Under the pieces are notes generated by a model. It saw only the letters and a program-made list of their open reading frames with translations, was not told the origin of the DNA and did not search any database. From Octopus vulgaris (Eukaryota), in the NCBI GenBank assembly GCA_951406725.2, contig OX597814.1, positions 171,802,001-171,866,000 of the forward strand: a stretch of DNA of 64,000 bases. The letters run 5' to 3'. Made by a program: the position numbers and the translations under genes. Of the stretch, positions 55,501 through 64,000 are shown piece by piece; the stretch's first letter is position 1; each line of letters begins with the position of its first letter.

Positions 55501-56109
55501 TAGACTTACTAATGGCTACCAAATCTGGACATAGTGATCTAAACGACATTGATTAAATACAATTATACTGTCAACTTTCTCTAAATTTATTTAAGCTAGA
55601 GAAGAGGAAAAAATAACGACACAGTCATCCTAGAGTTCTTTTGCAGAGCCCCTTATACGGGTCCTCCAAAATCCTTCAATGTGAACTGTATTTAATGTTT
55701 TCCATACCATGTGAAAAAAGCGAGGTCTCTTCAGTTGGGTACTATGTCGAGACCTTTCCTTGAGGGTGGATCTGTAAAAATAAGTGTTATACCATACACG
55801 GACAATTTTATAGGTCTTTATCATATAAAATACATGGTTATCGTTCATCCGAAACAGCTATAGGTTTAAGACTAATACATCATTTCATTTATTTACTTGT
55901 ATTCCATGCATATACACTCATTACGCATGCTTTTGTTTCCCTCCCATTTTTACTTCTATATCCGATCGACGAAGATCATTCTTATAACCTACTTCATACA
56001 CCAGAGATGCCCTTCTTGGTTGGAATTTACGTTTTGGTTAATCTTAGCATTACTTGGTGACTATCGATAACACGCTCGCCTACATATTTCCCTCTTCACA
56101 CACACACAA

Positions 56110-56141
<32 letters not shown>

Positions 56142-56314
56142 AATCAAAGTAAGGGCTTAGTTAAGTTCCTTTAGCATTAAAATGATATATAAAGTTTGAA
56201 TTTTGTTTTTAAAAATATTTACTTCTGTTTTTGATATGCTGTTGTAAATATCTTACAAAATGTATAAATTTCAAAAACTGATTTTGAATTTGTGTGTGTG
56301 TGTGTATATATATC

Positions 56315-56355
<41 letters not shown>

Positions 56356-56359
56356 TCCC

Positions 56360-56557
56360 ATTAATGCTGAAAACTGAACAATTATCTCCCCTGTCCACAA
56401 TAATAACGATAACCAATTACCTCCTCGTAGATTTGCTAATTGTTGAGTCGTTCATTCATAATCTCCATACAAAATATGGACAAACAATTCCTCTTAAGAA
56501 AATACGTATTTAAATAAATTTTAGTGTCATGAATAGCGAAAGCGAAACCGGTCGACA
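56360..56557 (+). mobile_element. Decayed PLE-like 3' end with a minimal hammerhead-like motif at 56525-56557
   Basis: The peptide DLLIVESFIH..QTIPLK resembles the GIY-YIG C-terminus. It is followed by TGTC ATGAATA GC GAAA GC GAAA CCGG TC GACA (4-bp stem I, palindromic CCGG, GUC triplet, two core substitutions). Confidence 0.55.
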
Positions 56558-57882
56558 ACCACAATGCAATATATATTAAAAATTATATGAAAACTATGTA
56601 AAGCGTGTGCATTTTCCTTCTTTAATTTCATATATATATACACTTACGTGTGTATGTGTACATGTGTGTGTGTAATCGTACATATATATACACACACCCA
56701 CACACTCCCGTTCCGTACATTCGCATTTAAATCTATGTGCCTATCTACTTGTTTGTCTGTATCCCATTGCTCTGTCTCTGTCTCTCTATTTTTCTCTCTG
56801 TTTCACTCCCTCTTTCTGTTCATGTGTGTGCATATGTGTGTGTGCGTGTGTGTACGTGTGTATGTGCGTGTGTGTATGAGTGTGTCTGTGTGTGTGTGTG
56901 TACATAGGCACATATTTACACGAATTTACACACGGACGCATCCACACACTCAAACAAACCTAGCACATGCTCACACACCACAATAGACACTCCGACAACA
57001 CAAATATATAATCACAGATACACAAATACACACAGATACAAACATCCAAAAATACACACATACACGCACAAACATACACAAGGATGCACACATGCTAGAG
57101 AGACTTGAAGAAAACACAATGTTAAGATCGTAGAATGACATATCCATTATTCAATATTGTTTCTTCCCCCTCTTTGTCTTGTTTTCTTTTCTCTTTTCCC
57201 CCCTCCTTCCAAGTCTTCAGGGAATTATCTGATCTTAGCTTTGGTAACATATGACAACAAAGACATCTGAATTATTTTAGAATTCCTTAAAAAAGAAAAA
57301 TCCCTACCACCTGCAACCCGACACCCGACTCCCACCACCCGATTCTCATTCATCAAGGTAACAGACGTGTCTCACCTTTCTATCTGGCATTGTGTTGCGT
57401 CATTTGTTTTTGTTAAAAATCAAATTCTTGTGATTCTCTTTTTGTGTGCAAGAACGGCCATGTGGTTAAATGTCGACTTCGCAAACTCATCGTTCCAAGT
57501 TCGATCGCCACCGCGCGACGCTTTGGCTGATTGTATTCTTCTCTAGTCAACATAAACCAGTAAAATGTACAGAAATCTGTCTGATAGGATTGTATCTGTT
57601 CTTTGGTAGATACTGGTGTAGTTAGAGTTTGAGCTGCTCGGATCACCTCTTAAGTTTGCACCCCTCCCCAGGGCCTCCGGTTCCAAATCTTACTCAAGCA
57701 TACACAGCAAGCTCAAAAGTGTTCTCCTCCGTAAAAGCGTCACTCGGGACGGACAGTCCTACTCGCGTTCATCCTAGCTACACTCCTGTTGGTTATGGAC
57801 TCCACTCATGACACTAGCATTTAGCTCTTAACCACCCTATACAAGCATTCGCGCTAGATATATAAAATGAAAATTACTTGAT

Positions 57883-58853
57883 ATCTTGATGTACTGATTC
57901 CTATTCCAGCGACAATAAGTCCTGGTTTTTCTCTCTCATTGCTCCCATCATTCTGGAAGGCCTGACTGCAAATTGGTGCTACAAATCCATTGCTGTCTTT
58001 AACAAAGAAAAGCTGATGCGTACCGTTATGTAGGCGCAAAAATATTTCTTATTTTTAATCACTAGACACAAAAGCACTATATTTCTGAGGTGCGTGAGAT
58101 AAAAATAGGGCAAGTTTGTACTTTTCTCTTTGAATATCTATCAGCCTTTCCTTCCTTGCTTCCATTGTTTCTCATCAGCGAGTCCCCATGTTAACCACCT
58201 CTTTCACAAAGACATTCTGATGCATTTTTCTCATCAGCGTATTTCTTGCATATGTTGACATGCAGTTGCTTAAAACTGGGGGAAAAAAACTAACGCGATT
58301 AATACCACCAGTGTCAGAGGTAAAGTAGACGTCATGAATAGCACACCAGCCTCTGACTAATTCGTTAAAAATGAGCCAAGTGGTATCAAATATCTTCACG
58401 TAACTGTGTCTGTGGTTACTGAATTGTTGAAATCTCACCCGATGCTTAACAGTGATGTTTACAACTATGTGTTGCATAAAACACGGCATTAACTGAATTA
58501 TTTAAATCATAATGGCAAATACGGGAACATAACTCTGGACATATTTCGGTGTTAAGCGTCTTTAACGAAGGATGGTTTTTAACGTATTAATGATATAGGG
58601 ATCTACAAGACCGTACATGACTGAGGTGGTTGCACAACGGAAAGCTGCACATGGACACTACTGAGTTTACAAATGAGAGTAAATTAGCAAAACCGGTAAA
58701 GTGCATCAGATTTTTCAACTTATAAGACAGTAATGGATTGGCAGCACCCATAACTTTGCTGTAGGGCCTTCCAGACTGGTGGGAACAAAGAGAGAAAAAC
58801 CAGGACACATTGCTGTTGGAATAGGAATCAGTACATCAAGATTTCGAGTAAAA
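57883..58853. repeat. Diverged inverted arms of about 150 bp enclosing about 650 bp
   Basis: 57883-58030 is the inverse of 58688-58853 (e.g. TCTTGATGTACTGATTCCTATTCCA / TGGAATAGGAATCAGTACATCAAGA). Confidence 0.8.
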
Positions 58854-59046
58854 TGCCTTATAACACTTTACTGCGCCTCTCTAGGTTCTGGGTTGAATTC
58901 CCGTCGTCCCTCTGGGACGGTCAATAGAATAAAGTATCTTTTAAAGGAGAACCGATTGATTTTGTCATAAATACTTCTCGTTCAATTCTTCAACCAAGAA
59001 CTTTAACACTCTGAAAATCCCACTGCCATCCACTTCTCCGCTGCTT

Positions 59047-59283
59047 ATACCTATTTCTTTACTACCCACAAGAGGCTAAACACAGAGGGGACAAACAAGG
59101 ACAGACAGACGGATTAAGTCGATTATACCGACCCTAGTGCGTAAGTGGTACTTAATTTATCGACCCCGAAAGGATGAAAGGTAAAGTCGACCTCGGCGGA
59201 ATTTGAACTCAGAACGTTACAGCAGACGAAATACGGCTACGCATTTCGCTCGGCGTGCTAACGTTTCTGCCAGCTCGCCGCCT
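59047..59283 (-). mobile_element. SINE family A, full length
   Basis: Direct match to the family. Confidence 0.9.
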
Positions 59284-60955
59284 GTACCGACCCACAGATG
59301 CTTAAACTGACTATGGTCATCTGTATTAATTTCACCAGCCTGAGAATGCCTGCACATGTCTTGAGCACTGTGCACTCTCCCCTCTCCACTGATTATTTTA
59401 ATAAAGAAGTATTGAATTCCATGATTTATAATAGTTTATCGAGATTTAAAATTACCCGGTTTTAGATACTGCGTATCATCCATTAACACATCTGTTAAAC
59501 CGCATATTTGTTCATGTTTCCAAAGAAACAGAACTTTGTTTGTAGAAACAAGAAAACAATATTTAGCAAGTTATGTTTTTCTGTTCATGACGAACTCACT
59601 GTTTGATTGTCAGTTTGCTCAAATTCTTCTTAAACTTGATTCACCTCTTTAAACATTCATATTTTTCTTGAATTTGTATAAAGAATGATTTCCAAGAAAT
59701 TATTATGTTTCTCTTGTTTCTAATGTATAGTCTTAATAAATATTTCTTTAACTAAATTTAGCTTAATCTGCATATCAAAATCTGAATTTCTGAAGAGAAG
59801 GAAAGAAAATTATATTATAGCCCCAGGTGTAATTGTATTCGATTATGAAAATTTAATTATGTTTAGAAAAATTAAACATTCACTAATAATTTATATAATC
59901 TTCCACACTGTATTTGCAGCTGAAAATTCCATAATGGAATTGACGTAGCCATTATGGCTGATGCATAGTATGATTTCAACATAATCTTCTCGTAAATATT
60001 TAAAGAGCAGCTTTTTATCAACGATAACAGAATCATTCTGTGCCTTGTATTTAATGGCGTTTTTATATCAGCTGGTTGTAGCAAACGCTGTAATATGGCG
60101 TTAAGTTGTCAGCTATTTCGACTCCGCCTCTCCGTTTCGAATCTCAATTGCCGTCTTTTTCAACACATTTACACTGCTTTTTCGACTGGAAAAAAGTAAG
60201 AAAGAAAGAAAGAATGCTTCCACATCTTAATTTCTTTCTTTTAAATTTAATTTCAACTGATTCCTAAATTTGAGGGAAGTAGTTCTTCTGCTTTTAGCTA
60301 GTCGAGCGTTTACATTGAGGCTTCTTTCGTTAGTTTGTAGTATTATCATCATATATTTTATGTGTTTGTGAATAGTGCTGTTCTGTAGTTCATATGGTTA
60401 CAATTTAGATATATTCACTTCTGTCGCTACTGCATTTATGGTGCTATGAACATAATTACTCACGTTTTCTTTAAAAAAGACATCATTTAATAACACTTTT
60501 AGTAATAATTTTAATAATACTTTCAATATTTTCAATATTTCAACATTGGGTCTTCTTTTCTTTTTCCCATGACACAATATTTTAAATGACTGTAGAGTGA
60601 CAAAAACAATGGGATGCTCACGTAAATTCTTGGTTCATCCACTTCCCAATTTTAGCTTCCCCTTCTGATTTCAGTTCCTACCCAGATCAAACTTTTCCTG
60701 TCATTCTTTCCGTGATTGGTAACTATAAGAGCTAGTGGGATGCGATGTTGAGTTTTACAGAGTCTGACAAAACGCCTTTCCATATTTCTTCCGGCTTTCT
60801 GTTATTCTCTCAGGTCAAAAACCCTACAAATTTCATCTTCGCATTTCATTCTTCCCGGATATGTATTACACCAGTCATATACTGGAGTAGAGTCTTCTTC
60901 TTCTTCTTCTTCTTCTTCTTCTTCTTCTTCTTCTTCTTCTTCTTCTTCTTCTTCT

Positions 60956-61027
<72 letters not shown>

Positions 61028-61028
<1 letters not shown>

Positions 61029-61335
61029 TAGTTTTTAGGGAGTATGTCTTCTTATTTGTATTTTCAGCTTCCTTGACTGAAATCAATGTTTTGTTTTGTT
61101 CGTGTTTTGTGGCTATTTGTATCAGTTTTCCTTGCTTCTGAAGTAGGTATTTTTGCAGTCCTATGGTGGTTACTTTGTAATAGTTTTTTTTTAGCTGTTC
61201 TCTACCGCGTTCTATACGTTGTATATATAACCTTTCTATGTCCGATTTTGGGTGGTGCATCCTAGATCCTGTCATTATTTTTCTTGTTTTCCTGTCTATT
61301 TTGGTTAGTTCATATAGTGTCCAGTTAAGGATGTT
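61028..61335 (-). mobile_element. R4/Dong-like non-LTR retrotransposon fragment between (TTA)n tracts
   Basis: Minus translation ILNWTLYELTKIDRKTRKIMTGSRMHHPKSDIERLYIQRIERGR, the post-RT segment characteristic of the R4/Dong clade. Confidence 0.8.
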
Positions 61336-61357
61336 GTTGTTATTGTTATTGTCGTTG

Positions 61358-61425
<68 letters not shown>

Positions 61426-61771
61426 GACGTCGCACAGTATACAATATCGTGAGGTTGTTGATTGAAGTTATTGTGTCTAGCGGGGGTTTGTACTGTTTGT
61501 CAAGTCACAACAAGGACCTCAGACAGACATTACTTTACGCAATATGCGTGCAGTTCAAAAGAAAGTTTGCCTCTTTGAACAGGAAAGATTATCATATGGG
61601 GTTTGAGCGCTTGAAGGATTATTGAAAGCTTGTGAATATCTAAGGTTATGGGTAGTAACCTGCTACCCACATACATTCTACCTGGAATAAGACCAAGCCT
61701 GAGTCAAGTCGAATAATAACAAAAATAACAAAGGATGTAAACATAACACGCATGGTCATAAAGACCAGCTC

Positions 61772-61995
61772 TTATTTCTTTATTACCCACAAGGGGCTAA
61801 AAAAAATAGAGGGGACAAACAAGGACAGACAAAGGGATTAAGTCGATTACATCGACTCCAGTGCGTGACTGGTACTTGATTTATCGACCCCGGAAGGATG
61901 AAAGGCAAAGTCGACCTCGGAGGAATTTGAACGCAGACGAAATACCGCTAAACATTTCGCCCGGCGTGCTAACGTTTCTGCCAGCTCGCCGCCTT
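61772..61995 (-). mobile_element. SINE family A
   Basis: Direct match. ACCAGCTCTTA occurs on both flanks. Confidence 0.9.
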
Positions 61996-62239
61996 AACCA
62001 GCTCTTAATCAGTATAATGGATCTTGGGTTTGCCATGAGTGACGCAAAAATCTTTCATAGATTGATTACAATAAAAACGTTTGACTGCTTCCTCCTAGCT
62101 GAATTGAGGAAAGCTTGGAAATATATAAAATCTCTCCAATTATTGGTAGTTTTTTGTCGAATAGTATGAAGTATTAGAAAACAATTCTTATAATGAATTC
62201 ACAGACAGTTTTGAACACTGATGACATTGACGGAAACTG

Positions 62240-63215
62240 CAACACTTTGAAGGTGATTCTCTATCCTCACTAGACTTTTGTGTGACTCTTAGTCTCCTAA
62301 GTAAGCAACTATACGACACAAAACATAGGTACAGAGTATACGATAGTCAAATCAATCACCTCCTTTATATGGGTGATTTAAAGCTTTTTGTGAAAGGTGA
62401 TAATCAAATGGAAGGACTTTTAACTATAGTTCAGTGACGATACTAGAATAGAGTTGTGCTTTGTGCTTAAGCCACATTTTTCAAGAGAGAAATCCTGAAA
62501 CGAACAACATACCTATACAAAATCTTACCATCACGATGGAATTAAATTCCGAAAAAAATTACTAATATGTAGGTAAATATGTAGGTGGCATCTAGAAGTC
62601 ATAAATGCGTGAAAAAACACGGAAGGAAAGTTATCTTAGAGTTAGAGTCATCTTAAAGAGCGAAGTTAATGCGAGAAACAGGATTGACATAATCAATACC
62701 TTAGCTATACCACTTGTGACCTACAGATTTAATATCATAAAATGGCCCATCAGTGAGATCTGTAAAATTGATATAAAAATACAGTTCCTCACGATGCATT
62801 GCATGCATCACCCAAAGTCAGATATAGATATATTATAGATCCCATGAAAGGGAGGAAGATGGGACGGATGCCGTTGCAACTGTCTCTAAAGACAGCAACT
62901 ATAGGAGTAGATGCCTATCTAAAGAACACCAACGACTAGATGCTTAAACTTGCTTGCAAAAATGTGTGCTCAATATCAGAAGTGCAGATGTACAAGAATT
63001 GAGGATAAACGAGATTGAGGCGTAACTAAATGAAACAAGAACACAATGTGATATAAAGCAAGGGTGTTATCAATTGTGTTCGGAGCACATGGGTCAATGG
63101 CTAGCCCACTCCGGAAAAACCTTGACACAAATGGAATCTGTCACAGCATTACGGCATTGCCAAAGACAGTAGTTTTCGGAACAGCAAATATCCTGTGGAA
63201 AGTGCTATCTGAGGT
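62240..63215 (+). mobile_element. Decayed R4/Dong-like LINE (RT motif C to C-terminus, with internal deletion)
   Basis: INHLLYMGDLKLF (YMDD-like), RVRVILKSEVNARNRIDIINTLAIPLVTY, MHHPKSDID, and terminal LPKTVVFGTANILWKVLS. Confidence 0.82.
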
Positions 63216-63624
63216 TACATAACTGCATAGGGAGTCGATTAAACGATCCAATTAAACGATCCATTGTACAAATGAAGGAATAATAATAGTTAATTATTTA
63301 ATGAATTTATCGGCAATAAGAGAAGATAATATAGGTATATTTCTACATCATTATTCATTTTCATTATCTCATAATATTGCTAGTTAAAATCAGTCTTAGG
63401 GTTAGTGTTAGGGGTGGTAAACATTTGATGGCAAAATACCATGATAAAGATTTCTGATAATATATAGGTTCATAGAACTGTATCATGGAAAACAAGATTA
63501 TTGAAACTGTGCATTAGATAATGATTTTGACTTCAGAATGTCAAAAGGTACTCATTTGTTCAGAAAAAAATATAAGATCTCGGAGTACACTCGTAATACT
63601 GTATGGTATAATAATGATATAGAA

Positions 63625-64000
63625 TTTTGGCACAAGACCAGCAATTTCAGGGTCGGGAGGAAGTCGAGTATATTGACACCAGTGCTCAACTGGTACTTAT
63701 TTTATCGACTCAAAAAGGATGACAAAGTGGACCGTAGCGGAATTTGAACTCAGAACATGAAGGCGGACAAAATGCTTATCATTTTGCCCGGTGTGTTAAT
63801 GATTCTACCAGCTTGCAACCTTATTATATAGTATAATAATGTAATGTGATATAGTGAAATATAATCCTTTCCACTGTAGGTACAAGGCCTGAAATTTAGG
63901 GGAGAGGGACAAGTCGATTAAATCGACCCCAGTGCTCAACTGGTACTTATTTCATCGACCCCGAAAGGATGAAAGGCAAAGTCAACCTCGGCGGAATTTG
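63625..64000 (-). mobile_element. Two older SINE family A copies (the second runs off the window)
   Basis: Central domain inverse CTGGTACTTATTT..ATCGACCCCGAAAGGATGAAAGGC. Confidence 0.82.

Noticed and set aside
55788-55866. GAAACAGCTATA signature
   Set aside because: The 5' core is absent. At most a dead remnant, so it is not called as a feature.
58615-58653. CATG-A-CTGAGGT...GAAA-GCTG-CA-CATG hammerhead-like arrangement
   Set aside because: Multiple core mismatches, so it is compatible with chance.
60080-60160. YY1-like AATATGGCG with a few CpGs as a promoter
   Set aside because: Single short motif with no supporting gene structure.

Overview
This is AT-rich, microsatellite-saturated animal DNA, either intronic or intergenic. 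The repeat families (tRNA-headed SINEs with CORE-like and Meta-like domains, dense TA/CA/TATC/TAA tracts) resemble an octopus or other coleoid cephalopod genome, which is an inference. Almost all ORFs in the track are microsatellite artefacts. Real content includes a 5'-truncated but uninterrupted Penelope-like element (PLE) RT + GIY-YIG ORF (30618-31952) with its 3' region. Also present are a frameshifted Tc1, an internally deleted mariner, a piggyBac-type MITE, a non-autonomous Helitron, decayed CR1-group and R4/Dong-like LINEs, more than 25 SINE copies and one candidate host exon. The most notable signal is a set of about ten minimal type-I hammerhead ribozyme (HHR) motifs in several unrelated sequence contexts. 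They include a canonical one with a very long stem II (9531-9617) and a CUGU-NGA core variant shared by two PLE 3' ends. Others are two HHR-centred foldbacks and a composite tRNA-head + microsatellite + hammerhead-tail element inserted as an inverted pair with a target-site duplication (19407-20031). Together they suggest a PLE-driven set of ribozyme-bearing non-autonomous elements, possibly including PLE-mobilised SINEs. All folds and alignments were made by eye; no searches were run.
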